From Mobula hypostoma (taxonomy: Eukaryota), in the NCBI RefSeq assembly GCF_963921235.1, contig NC_086097.1, positions 127,040,001 through 127,104,000 of the forward strand: a stretch of 64,000 nucleotides of DNA. Direction: 5' to 3'. Made by a program: the position numbers and the translations under genes. Positions 13,620-25,029 of this stretch are shown in pieces. The notes beneath the pieces were generated by a model. It did not search any database. It saw only the letters and a program-made list of their open reading frames with translations, and had not been told where the DNA came from. The number at the start of each line of letters is the position of its first letter. Position 1 is the first letter of the stretch.

Positions 13620-14145
13620 CAAGGAACTGAGGATCTGTATTCCCAAGTCTTTTTGTTCTACTAGACTCTTCAATATCCTACCATTCACTGTATAAGTTCT
13701 ACCCTCGTTTGTCCTGCCGAAGTGCAGCACCTCACACTCATCTGCATTAAATTCCATCTGTCATCTTTCAGCTCATTTTCCCAGCAGGTCTAGATCAGTT
13801 TGCGAGCTTTGATAGCATTTCCCCCTGCCCACTATGCCCGCAGTCTTGGTGTCATCTGCAAATTTGCTGACCTAATCTAAAAAATTCTCGTCCAAATCAT
13901 TAATGTGGATGATAAACAACAAAGGATCCATCATTAATCCCTGCTGCGTACCACAAGTCACCCGCCTCCAATCAGAGAGCCAACCATCTACTTCCACTCT
14001 GGCCTCTCCCACTAAGCCAATGTTGACTCCAGTTGGACTACTTCATTCTAAATGCCAAGCAACTGAACTTCTGAACCAGCCTCACATGTGGGACTTTGAC
14101 AAGGACCTTGCTAAACTCCATGCAGACACTATCCACTGCCTTCAG
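13620..14145 (-). mobile_element. Old CR1 RT fragment
   Basis: ORF 13503-13757 reads MEFNADECEVLHFGRTN, and a nearby frame gives FSKVLVKVPHVRLVQK. Confidence 0.8.
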
Positions 14146-14289
14146 CAACCTTATTGATAGCCTCCTGGGAGAAACTTGGCTGAGGGGCAATTTTTTCATC
14201 CAGAGGGTGGTCAGTAGAGGGAGTGAGCCACTGGAAGTACGGACATTCACAACATTTAAAGGGCACTTGTGTATGGCTAGGAAAGATTT

Positions 14290-14585
14290 ACTTTTTATTC
14301 TTTTAAATCTTATTGAGATATAGTGCAGGCCCTTCCAGCCCTTTGAGCCACGCTGCCCAGCAACCCCCGATTTAACCCTCGCCTAATCACGGGACAAATT
14401 ACAGTGACCAATTAACCTACCAACCAGTATGTCTTTGGACTGTGGGAAGAAACCGGAGCACCCGGAGGAAACCCATGTGGTCACAGGGAGAACGTACCAA
14501 CTTCCGACATGCAGCAGTGGGAATTGAACCCTGTTTGCTGTTACTGTAAAACATTGTGTTAACCACTGTGCTATCATGCCACCCC
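14290..14585 (-). mobile_element. tRNA-derived SINE; related copies at about 31505-31775 (+) and 60053-60330 (+)
   Basis: Shared core GTTCTCCC..TG...GGGTTTCCTCCGGGTGCTCCGGTTTC..CCCACAGTCCAAAGAC and an A/T-rich tail. Confidence 0.75.
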
Positions 14586-14694
14586 AGTGGGATTAGAGGG
14601 ATATAGGACAAACGTAAGGAAATGGGACTACTTTAGATAGAAATTGTAGTCAGCATGGACCAATTAGGTTTAAGGGCCTGTTTCCGTATATATA

Positions 14695-15559
14695 TGTAGC
14701 CTGGGGGAAAAGTACACACTCAGGACAACAAATACTTTTTCAGGTTTTAATTCCTTTATCTGTTTTAGATGTTTAAGTGCCAGAAGAGGGTCGCAAAATA
14801 AAATGAATGAATTTACAACCAGTTCTTGCCGTTACAATCTCAGTATAACTTTTGATCCACGCCCTTGTGTATGGACAGAATTGCGTATGCAGTATAAAAA
14901 TACCAGAACTAATATGGTAGTGGCAATTCTGAAGGAACACAACACAAACAACATGAGAATCCCACTCACACTACATCTTATAAATAACAGTGAAAAATGT
15001 AAGCAAATACATCTCATCTAAGACATACACACGTGCTGAACTTCCTGACAGAGACTAAACATTCACGTTACGCGGTTACATGCACAATCAGTCCTGATAC
15101 AATAAAGTTAGACAAGAGGTACACTTTGGCACAACTTTTACAAGATATTGCCTGGTAGTTAAATTACAGGAAGACCGACCTACTTGGTTGGTGAGGAACT
15201 TTGCCCAAGCCACGCCATCCAGCATTGAGTCGTTCACTGGAGAAAATCTAAAGCATCCACATGTAAAACATGTCAAACTACCGATATTCTCGATTTGCCA
15301 ACAAGAACAAACGAATTCACATGGATATCGTCTATTAATGCTCACCTTTCCTCACCATGCCCAGCACACTCTGGGAGGAACCGATTCCAACGCCCCAACA
15401 ACGTCTTAAGCAGAAAACAAAATGGTCTCCCCACTATCCCGCGCGTGCGTAATGACCGTCTCCCTTAAAGGCACAGACAACTATTCTAGCATTACCCTGG
15501 TGGATGCCTAAGTACAATTTTAACGATACTGAGTAAGATCTGACGGTCACCCGGTTACA
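14695..15559. mobile_element. Putative solo LTR (TG...CA termini) inserted in a (TA)n run
   Basis: Starts TGTAGCCTGGG and ends CCCGGTTACA, which are imperfect inverted termini. TATA flanks both sides. There is no coding signature. Confidence 0.65.
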
Positions 15560-15876
15560 TATATATATAAGTGTGCATCTGTTGGTCTCTTGAGACCATG
15601 GATTTGCGCCTTGCAAGGTTTCCAGGGCACAGGCCTGGGCAAGGTTGTATGGAAGACCAGCAGTTGCCCATGCTGCAAGTCTCCCCTCTCCACGCCACTG
15701 ATGTTGTCCAAGGGAAGGGCATTAGGACCCATACAGCTTGGCACCGGTGACATCGCAGAGCAAAGTGTGGTTAAGTGCTTTGCTCAAGGACACACACGCT
15801 GCCTCAGCCAAGGCTCAAACTAGTGACCTTCAGATCACTAGACGAATGCCTTAACCACTTGGCCACGTGCCAACAT
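15560..15876 (-). mobile_element. tRNA-headed SINE with (TA)n tail
   Basis: Minus strand begins GGCACGTGGCCAAGTGGTTAAGG...AGTTTGAGCC (A/B boxes). The target-site duplication GCCTGTTTCC occurs at 14676-14685 and 15877-15886. Confidence 0.7.
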
Positions 15877-17044
15877 GCCTGTTTCCATGCTGTGACTATT
15901 TCCCTCTACTTGTGCCTTCCCCACTCAGATCCATTGTAGTGAACAAGCCTTCACCAGCAGGCACAACCGTCACTTATGTTGTTCAGTCTATCTTTGTTCT
16001 CCCCCTTCTTTGCACCTTAAAGCATTTTAATTTATAATTTTTCCCATTCTGATGATTGGTCATCGATCTGAAATGTTAACTTTGACACTGCCTGGTCTGT
16101 GGATGTTTTCTTTATTTCTCTGCTGTCACTGTAAAATAGAAGTCAGGCTAGATCTTAGTGTGTGTTGGGAAATGGGCTCCAGACTTATAATATTCACCAT
16201 GTCACCAGCGGAGCATCAATCAGGCATCACAGTGTAAGCTGGCATTGGACTAGTATCTCCTGCTGAGTGTTCACACCGAAACAACTCAAATGCAATTCCT
16301 GCTCTTGAGCATGGAGGTAATACTCACGGACCGCTGCGTGGCATAAGCCTGTGTCATGATTGAATTTCATTTTGGCTTTAAAGTTAATCTGAATTTAAGC
16401 TACAGCTGGAAAGCTTTTGATCATGAAAAGGACATCTGAAAATAATAGAAAATATGTTCATGGGGAGATTCTCAAAATAAACATTAAAAAAATTGAGTCG
16501 AGTTAAACCACAGTAGCTCGATTCTAAAAATAATACAAACAAGTCACTCCCCAACACTTGCTTGCATCATTAATAGTAACAAATTTTATCAAAGTGCAAA
16601 TAAGTTGACGAAAGTTTTTGGACGTTTATGTAATTTAAACATACTTTCATTTATCAGTATATCTTTGGAGCAAAAGCTAGACTGAATCTGCAGATATTAT
16701 AAATCACAGTAATTTGGATAGCTTCAAAAGGTAACTGACTGGAAATTACTCCAGAACTGCCACATCTAGATTGTGATTGGCTGCTGGTGGTTGAGGGGGA
16801 ATAATTCTCAAATTGTCCATTAAATTAGAACTTTATACTGTACCCAATGACCCTGGCTGTTGTCTTAAAGAAAATAATAGTGGGCTAGTTATAAACCGAT
16901 CATTAACAACATAGAACAGTACAGCACTTGACAGACCAGTTGGCCCGCAATGTAGTGCTGATCTTAATGCTAATTTACACAAAAGGTCCTCTTCCTGTGC
17001 ATCCCTCCATTTCCTTTATATTCGTTTCTATTAAAAAGCTTCTT

Positions 17045-17520
17045 AAAATTCAGAGTATATTATTTTCAAAGTGCATATATGTCACCATATACAACCCTGA
17101 AACTCATTTTCTTGCAGGCATTCACAGTGAACACAAAGAAACACAACAGAATCAATGAAAAACTGCACACAAAGACAGACAAACAACCAATGTGTAAAAG
17201 ATAACAGATTGTGAAAATGCTAGAAGAAAAACAAAATAATAATAGATATAAAAAGTAAAAAAAATATTGAGATCATGCATTGTAGGGTCCTTGAGAGTGA
17301 GTCCATAGGTTGTGGAATCAGTTCAGTGTTGGGATGAGTGAAGTTATCCACTCTGGTTCGAGAGCTTGATAGTTGAGGAGTAAAAACTGTTCCTGAACCT
17401 TATGGTGTGGGACTTAAGGCTCCTGTACATCCTTCCTGATGGCAGCAATGAGAAGAGAGCATGGCTTGGATGGATGGTAGGGGTTCTTGATGATAGATGC
17501 TGGTTTTTTGCAATAACGCT
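17045..17520 (-). mobile_element. Rex1-type LINE 3' end fragment
   Basis: ORF 17344-17796 ends HPSHALFSLLPSGRMYRSLKSHTIRFRNSFY. Confidence 0.75.
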
Positions 17521-19759
17521 CCTTGTAGGTGGGCCCAGTGTTGCGGAGGTGTTTACCTGTGATGGATTAGATGTATCTCCTACTTCTGATAGGCTTTTCC
17601 TTTCAAAGGCATTAGTGATTACACAGCAGGTTTCAAACTCCACCAAACTACTTGTCACAGACCTCCAGCCAGAGTAATGGCCTTCCACCCTCTCTTCTAT
17701 GGGTAAGCCGATTCTGAATCGAACCTTGCAACACACCCCAATTTCCAGGTGTGAGGGTTGAGTGAAAATCTTCCCCCACCCCTCTTCCAACTCCACCTTA
17801 TCTGTATTATTACATGGCTAGCCATGCTCCGGTGCAAATGGAGCAGAAATCAGGAAATTTCTTAGGATGGAAATTTTCCTGGGAAGGATTCAATAGCAGG
17901 ATCGTTCCGTGTGTTTAAACATGTTGGCATAGCAAGTGATGGAGGAGCAGCTGAAACTATTTATTTGCAAACTGATTTGCTCTCCTATTCACTATGATCT
18001 TTCCTAGACCTCATCTCCCCTTCTGTGACAGTTCGCCATAGCCCTCAGTTCAATAATCTTTAAAAAAAAATGTATCTGCTTCCCCATTAAAGATCTACCT
18101 CCACACTCTGTTGGGGTAGGGAATTCCAAAGATTCACATTACCTGTGAGAAGTTCCTGTTCGCGTCAGTTTTAAGTGATCGCCCATTAATCTTGCAACTA
18201 GGTTCCCTTGTTCGAGACCTTTCCACTAGTAGAAACGTCTTAGTGTTTACCCTGCAGCACCCAGTAAGGAGCTGATGTACACACACAAAATGCTGGAGGA
18301 ACTCAGCAGGCCAGCCAGTTTCTATGGAAAGAAGTACAGTTGACGTTTTGGGCTGAAACCCTTCGGCAGGACTCTGTGTGTGTTGCTCAGATTTCCAGCA
18401 TCTGCAGATTTTCTCTTGTTTGTGAGGATCTGATGTTTCTTTAAGATCACCCCTATTCTAACCTGCAAGGAATAGACATTTGGTTTGTTTTCAGGTTTGA
18501 GTGATAAAAAATGATGAAGCAGAATAGTGTCCTGAAGAAGGGTCTCGGTCCGAAACGTCATTTGTTTATTCATTTCCGCAGATGCTGCCTGACCTACTGA
18601 GTTCCTCCAGCCTTTTTGTGTGTGTGTGTGTGTGTGTTGCTTCAGAACAGAGAAGTGTGCCTTGTAAGCAATGGATATGCTGAATGCTACACTTTTTTCC
18701 TGAAGCGTTTTTGAAATGTTAGTGATCTTGTTGTTCAGGTTTATCTTTTTGTTTATAACTACGCAGACAAAGAACCATCTTAAATTGATGCAGACCTAAC
18801 AAAATGAGCATTTGTAATTTTAGTGCAATGGTGTAATTCAGTAATATCAGCTCCCTTTATCATATGTGTGCAATATGTGGAGCTACTGAGCATAAAGTCA
18901 TGCAGCATAGGAACAGTTCCTTTAGCCCATTGAGTCACTGTTGATCATCCAGTATACACTAATTCTATATTGATCATCTTTTATTCACGTTATCTCCCAC
19001 CACCCCACTGGCAGATTCTTCCACTTACTCACACGCAAAGAGCAATTTACCGTGATCAACTATTCCACCTTCCCGCCTGTTTTGGGGATGAGGGGGCAAC
19101 CGGAGCACCTGAGGTCAAGGCTGTACTAAGGTTGCCGAAGCTATGAGACAGAAGTTCTACTAGTTGTGCCAATATGCTCTTCTCAAATATATAAAACCAC
19201 ACATTTCCCAAAGGAGTACAATATTCCTAGTAATTCCAAAAGACCAAGAATGATGCAAAAAAAATGATGAGGATGAGAGACTGCATCTTCCTGTATTCAG
19301 ACACGTGCTGGTAAGGTGGGATCTGTGAAACATGAAATCTAATATTCCCTGCTTTTCGAAAAACTGCACTATTGTATGACTGTCTTGACATTGAAAAATA
19401 TGGAATGTTATGTTATGGAGGTACTTGCATATATATGGAACATTGCGTTGTGGCAGATATTTGCCTATATATGGAATGTTCTGTTGTGGCAGATACCAAT
19501 GAAATTTAGAAGAAAATATTTGGGCACCCCCATTTCAGAGTAAACAAATTTTTAAATTGCATGGTAACAACCTCTCTGGAACTGACAAATACAATTTGCA
19601 AGTGATGTCAGAAGGTTACTGGTATATCTTTTAATGAAAATAATATTCTCAATTTTTCTTTCTTTTCTCAATTTTTTCTCCATATTTCTTATGAAATAAA
19701 TTCATTCTTTTAAAATCATTTTGTTAATTTTCCCAAAATTATAAACAAAATATCAATGT

Positions 19760-20200
19760 TGATGGAGAGAGATTCGAATAATCTTATTATTAATAAACAT
19801 ATGCAAAAAAAGATTTCAGATAACAGAGGTATAATAGACTTCTAAACTCATGATGTAATTAATCATAAAGAAAAAAAGAAATAAAAAGAAAAAAAATACA
19901 GAGAAAAGCCCCCCAAAAAAAGAAAAAGAAGAACTAAATACTAAACCCAAAAAAGCAAACGGAACAAACCAGGGCTAGACCAATATCTTATATCAAACAC
20001 ATTCAGTAATGTCGTCAACTCCACTCCTCTATTCATATATTTTAAGTTAATGAGAAGGATTCGGAAAGATCAAATTACATCATATGAAAATGTTGAATAA
20101 ATGGTTTCCAAGTTTCTTCAAATTTAACTGAAGGATCAGAAATATCACTTCTAATTTTTTCTAAATTTAAACATAAATATAGTTTGGGAAAACCATTAGA
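19760..20200 (-). mobile_element. L1/Tx1-like LINE 3' end
   Basis: ORF 20075-20266 ends LNLEKIRSDISDPSVKFEETWKPFIQHF (L1-type ORF2 C-terminus) and is followed by a T-rich 3' UTR on the minus strand. Confidence 0.6.
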
Positions 20201-21221
20201 ATGTAGTGAAATAAATTCAAAGAAAGTACTATGAGTAATGTGTAAAATTTGACAGGCAGAAGACAATCTAGCTAGTCATTCAGCCTTGTGGATTGAAATG
20301 CTGAAGGACCATTACAATGGGCTCTGTTTGGGGAAGGATGATGGTGAGGAGTCCAGGTAAATCTTTTCACCTCTTACCTGGATTATGCAGCTAAGTGCTA
20401 GTTATTGAGTGGTCACTGGAACAACCATCGAAAGACCCTGATAGCGCAAAGGCACAACTGTGGAACAACAGCAATGCACAATATTGTTCAATAACCCACA
20501 GTATGTTCTGGTACAGCTGGATGGAATCTAAGGGCATAAAAAGCTTGGAGATCTATAGTGCTATTTTTATAACATTGATGATATAGAGGGATAAAGTCAT
20601 TTCAGCAAAACTAGAGTGCATCTACAAGTTGTCAAAAACCTTTCGTTCACTAATTCTCTGATTTGGGTCTAAATCAAAATTGCCTTCCAACTTCAAACTG
20701 TCTGTAACCATTCAACAGTTTTTCAGCTGTTACATTATGCTCTTCCTCAGTTCATGTTGATAACATACTGACAGCAGTGAATAGAACAGTGCAGTCCAAC
20801 AAGAACATGAACTGTACTTTTGTACTTTAAAGCCCAGCTGTGAAAATCTTCCCACTGATGCAAGTGAAGCTGGGAATTTGCCATTCGTTGCTGTTTTACT
20901 TACATCAGGAGCTGTGCATGGTATCTCTGTGAAGTATCTGAATGATCATAATAGATTCAAAGAGTTAAACAGCCTGGAAGCAGGCCCTTTGGACTAGCAT
21001 CCGTGCCAACCTAGATGTCTGTCTAAGCGGGTCTCATTTACTTGTATTTGGCCCACATTGCTCGAACCCAGGGCTTCCTAACCTGGGCTCCACCCACCCC
21101 TTGCTTAATGGTATTGGTCCATGGCATAAAAAAGGGTTGGGATCCCCTGCTCTAACCTTTTCCATTCCATGCAACTGTCCAGTTGTTTCTTGAAAATGAC
21201 TGAAATTGTTCTTCTTTACAG

Positions 21222-21266
21222 GGCTTTCGAGGTCTTCCTGGGGCCCCAGGACCACAAGGACCTAAG
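21222..21266 (+). CDS. COL21A1: COL21A1-like FACIT collagen, exon (45 nt) GFRGLPGAPGPQGPK
   Basis: Polypyrimidine-CAG acceptor, GTAAAC donor, pure Gly-X-Y, phase 0. Confidence 0.9.
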
Positions 21267-22108
21267 GTAAACACAGATCCATGTTCAAGTTTGATTGTCC
21301 ATTTAACAGATGCGCACATTGGTGCCAAGACTGACACCCTCTGTTACATGAATCTGTAGTCCGATATACTGTCTGTTCCTCAGTGTGAGGTCAGTCATTC
21401 GTATGTTATTTTGGTACTTTTGGCACAGAACATTTCATAGAGTGGGCCAGTGGCTGAATAGGTTATTATAAGCCAACAACTCTTTAAACATTGCGGTCAG
21501 CCTCATTATAATTCTGCTTTCGAAAAAGGGAACAGCATTTGGAATGCAGATATCTAAGTGTGCAATGAAGCAGTTCATGAGGCCATAAAGACACCATTGA
21601 TCATTTAGAGATAAGAGATCATGGAATGATTAGAATATAGATGGAGAAAAACAAAAGCAAATTTTGCCTCAATTATAGACTTGAATGTAGGTACAGGTGA
21701 GGAAGAGATTTGTTTACATTTGGTTTAACTTTATCATAGAAGATATCTCAGCAACCCACATCATGGCCTCTGAGACGGGAATAAACTAGCAAATAATCAC
21801 ATTCCTTATGAATGTTCTGTGGCAGCTGTATATCCCTTGGCCTCTTCGAATTCCTGTTGATAAAAAAATTTGCTTCGTGAGATATCAAGTATGGCAAGTG
21901 AACAGGCATGGAAAAGAGGGATATAGACCACGTGCAAGCAGATGGGGATAGTTTAGATTGGCATCATGGTCAGTACAGACATCGTGGGTTGAATGGCCTC
22001 TTCCTGTGCTATATTGTTGAATGTTCTATTAATAATGTAATGGTACTGAAGACAATTGGATTTTAAAGTCTGGCAAGTTTCAATATGTAGGTTGTGTTAA
22101 GGTTGCAA

Positions 22109-22343
22109 TGTTATAAATCAACCTCCAGCACATTGGATGCATATGAAAAATAAATTATGTTCTGTTGTGAAGCACTCATGAAAGCAAAAGACCAGGTACC
22201 TTCAGCATGCTAGATTTATACTCCGTCATCAGCTGATGCAGTGCTACCAAATGGGCTGGAAAGCTCTTTAAATGGCCCAAACCCTAGCTGGCTTGGGGGA
22301 AGCAGCTTTCAATGATTTGGTAAATTTGACACTTAATGCAAAA
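22109..22343 (-). repeat. ERV 3' LTR
   Basis: Follows PPT-like AAGGGTGGTA (22344-22353, minus), contains GTATAAAT and ends TTATAACA. 22181-22343 aligns with 25030-25218. Confidence 0.75.
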
Positions 22344-22389
22344 TACCACCCTTGAAAGATACAACACCATGACACTTGGCCTGCAGGCT

Positions 22390-23490
22390 AGTATAACCCC
22401 CATGGACATCCCATTATACTACACACAAAACATAACACTCTGACACCAGAATTATCAGTCCACCAGTTGCTACTCACCAATCTTCCAACACCCCAGAATG
22501 CTTTCTCCTGGGGTGTAGTATCTATGGTGCTGGCCCCCTACATCCCTGATCTTATTTGCTGACCACTGGGTATGATCAGCCAGGTGAGTAATGTTCCCAG
22601 ACTCGTCGGGGATGTAGGTGCAGTGCTCTTGACCAATCGCAGCACAGATGCCACCTTTCTCTGCGCGCAGGTAGTCTAAGGTCTTCTGATTTTGTGAGGC
22701 CACCATCCATATAGGCATCATTCCAGCTGACACTCTGGTCAGTGCAGTCTCTGTATGTTTGAACACTGTGCCCGTCTTGTTGGCCAGTGCCTCCATCACA
22801 GAGGCCATGTGTATCATTTCTTAGGACAGTCTGGCCACACCATACAGGGGAAAGGCTATCATCCACAATCTTTCTGCCTCTGTAAAATGCCTCTTACTGC
22901 TTCAACGCTCATGGGTAGAGTGCTCATTCAGGCTATTCAGGTGATGTATGTATGGTACCATGTACCCTGGTTTGCAACAGCTGTAGCATCTGTCGGGAGC
23001 CCTGGGTAGGCCAGGGAGCCACTTAACATCCAGGGAATGCCAATCTTCACAGCTCTACTGACTGATTGGACCTGTGCTCGTCATATGGCCTGCATCAACA
23101 TCCCTTCCACTTCTCTGTTGACAGAGAGATTACTGTCAGAGTTGGGACCTTGGGATTGGACAGATCATAAATAGGGAGGTACCAGCCCTTCAAACACTTA
23201 CTCCACCAGTGTTTACCAAACCACAAGAATTTTTAAGGCCATTCCCCTACAATGGGGCAAAGTTGGCTGGAATGAACTATGTCCTCCAGGCTTTCTCCAA
23301 AACCAAATGTCAAAGCAGGAGAGCTGGACCAGTTCCTCCAACAGTCCTGTTCATTAAGGGGATTGGTATCAGTGGCATTCCCTCTGCAGTGTGGGTTGGC
23401 GCCCAGGATCTCTCACCAGCCTCCATCATTGCCACTCCCACCAGAATCCACCACTTTACTACTCTGTAGTGTAGGGAGACACACACACTC
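22390..23490 (-). pseudogene. env: Gamma-type retroviral env pseudogene (signal, SU remnant, TM with ISD)
   Basis: Signal-like WWILVGVAMMEA. SU motifs PTHTAEGMPLIPIPL and WMLSGSLAYPGLP...CCKPGYMVP. Cleavage and fusion region R*SSKR-HFTEAERLWMIAFPLYGVARL. ISD QNQKTLDYLRAEKGGIC-x6-HC at 22620-22694. Hydrophobic VATGGLIILVSELCFVC. Stops at about 22903 and 22822, plus frameshifts. Confidence 0.9.
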
Positions 23491-23499
23491 TGTCCCTCC

Positions 23500-23760
23500 T
23501 GGTGAGTGCCTGGGTATTTAGACAGACTATCCCCAGTTACTCTAGCAATGCTACCCGCCCCGCATTCCCGGGTCCACACTCCACAATCTTCCCCCTGCCC
23601 TGTGGGTGTTGCACCCAAACCTTCCCTAATTCCTCCTCCAACTCCACCTCTTCCACCTTTGGAGGATCTGATAGTGCCAAGTGCTGGGATAATGGGGACC
23701 TCCCCCAGGCCTGCTGGCTGTCCACTGCCTGCTGCAACACAATCAGCTGCCCCTGAAAGG
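23500..23760 (-). pseudogene. pol: Integrase C-terminal remnant, ERV-L-like
   Basis: ORF 23537-23740 reads LQQAV...GRSPL...LGKVWVQHPQGRGKIVECGPGNAGRV. This resembles the G-K-VWV..P.....G.G.T.WV C-terminal motif of class III integrases. Confidence 0.65.
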
Positions 23761-23783
23761 TGGGGGTGGGGGTGGGTCATCAT

Positions 23784-23965
23784 TGTTGTCATGTGGACAA
23801 AGTCACTGGAGAGAAGTACTGGTAAACATGAAGTAGTCTCTTTATTCGATAAAATGAGACACAGCAGACATCATATTGAGACCCCTTCTGGAGGAAGAGG
23901 CCTACTTGACCCACTAGTACATGAAATTTTATAGGTTAAAGATCTATATTTACAAGAATCTACAA
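23784..23965 (-). repeat. Unrelated LTR-like fragment (R/U5) inside the ERV
   Basis: On the minus strand: TATAAAA (23927-23933), AATAAA (23841-23846) and an end in ...CATGACAACA. Confidence 0.5.
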
Positions 23966-23974
23966 TACTTTTCC

Positions 23975-24373
23975 TTGAGGCTACTGGTTCAAGTCGCTAC
24001 CCTCGGAGGTGCCGATGGGTCCCAGTGCTCTCGGGGATGTTATCGAAATACTGAGATTTGTGGATTGGACTGTAGTTCATGTTGGCCTTTCAGTTCAATT
24101 TTTTTTTTGTTCCCATCCATTCCTTTCTTTTTGCCGATTGCCGGGCTGGGGATTGGGTGATCTGTTAGTTTTTGTGTGGGGGGGGGCATTGGGGATTGGA
24201 AGCTTTTGTTTCTTTTTCTTTTTCTACAGGGAGAATTACAACTAGTGGATGGGGGAGGGTTGACATCTTTCTTTCAACTACAGTGGTTTTCTGTATGTTA
24301 TGGCTATCTGGAGAAGACAAATCTCAGGGTTGTATTCTGCATGCATACTTTGGTAATAAAAAGAACCTTTGAA
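23975..24373 (+). mobile_element. SINE/LINE-tail insertion inside the ERV
   Basis: Ends ...CTCAGGGTTGTATTCTGCATGCATACTTTGGTAATAAAAAGAACCTTTGAAC, a tail type also seen reversed near 17050-17100. Confidence 0.55.
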
Positions 24374-24399
24374 CTGCCTTTAAGTCGGGAGCTGCTGCT

Positions 24400-25029
24400 T
24401 TAACTGGCCAAGGTTAATCTATGACCCTCCAGTGGATTGTTGCTTTTCTGATGGATCCCTGTGATCAGAGTCCACCAGTGAAGAGCTTTGGTCCCTTCCT
24501 CCTCTGTGTTCCACTCCTCCTGGGGCTTCAAATCCCACTCAGAGAGTGAGGGATACCTGACCTTCACTGCCACTATCACTCTGCCCCACAGCAATTCCTC
24601 TTCCCCCATGGGAAACAGATGGCATTCTCAGAGCATTGTTAATCATGTGGGGGGACAACAGCTCCCCTGTTAGATAAACTCACTCCAGCACACCCTCCAC
24701 GCAGGCAGAGTCTCCCCTGGCTTCTGCCTATACCTGTCTCCCAACACCACCAATTCCTTAATGGAGAATTCTCTGATGATAGTTATCTCAGTGAGACACA
24801 CTGTGTTATCCACCCCTGGTCCCTTGTCCTCATGCTATTCCTCTCCCCCGCCATGCTGCATTTACTCGCCCTGTTCCATGGAGGCTGGGGGGGGGGGTGG
24901 GGACAATGGGCTGGCAATCTCCTGCTGGACCTGGGGACTGCCGGGCCACTGGTCTGACTTTCCTCCCACTACAACAAACTTCCACAGTTCCTGCAGCACC
25001 TTTTGCAATCCAGATTGCCCAAAGCCCCC
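24400..25029 (-). pseudogene. gag: ERV-L-like (class III) gag remnant
   Basis: 24780 downward reads IIREFSIKELVVLGDRYRQKPGETLPAW. After frameshifts it continues LLWGRVIVAVKVRYPSLSEWDLKPQEEWNTEEEGTKALH (ORF 24400-24609). Both match recalled ERV-L capsid motifs (KEL...Y.QK.GE...W; AVK.RYP......W.T.EEGI..L). Confidence 0.72.

Noticed and set aside
20325..20360. GGGAAGGATGATGGTGAGGAGTCCAG|GTAAAT as a possible collagen exon
   Set aside because: No Gly-X-Y periodicity and no proper acceptor.
23506..23934. Proline-rich + strand ORF
   Set aside because: Antisense shadow of the purine-rich ERV integrase remnant.
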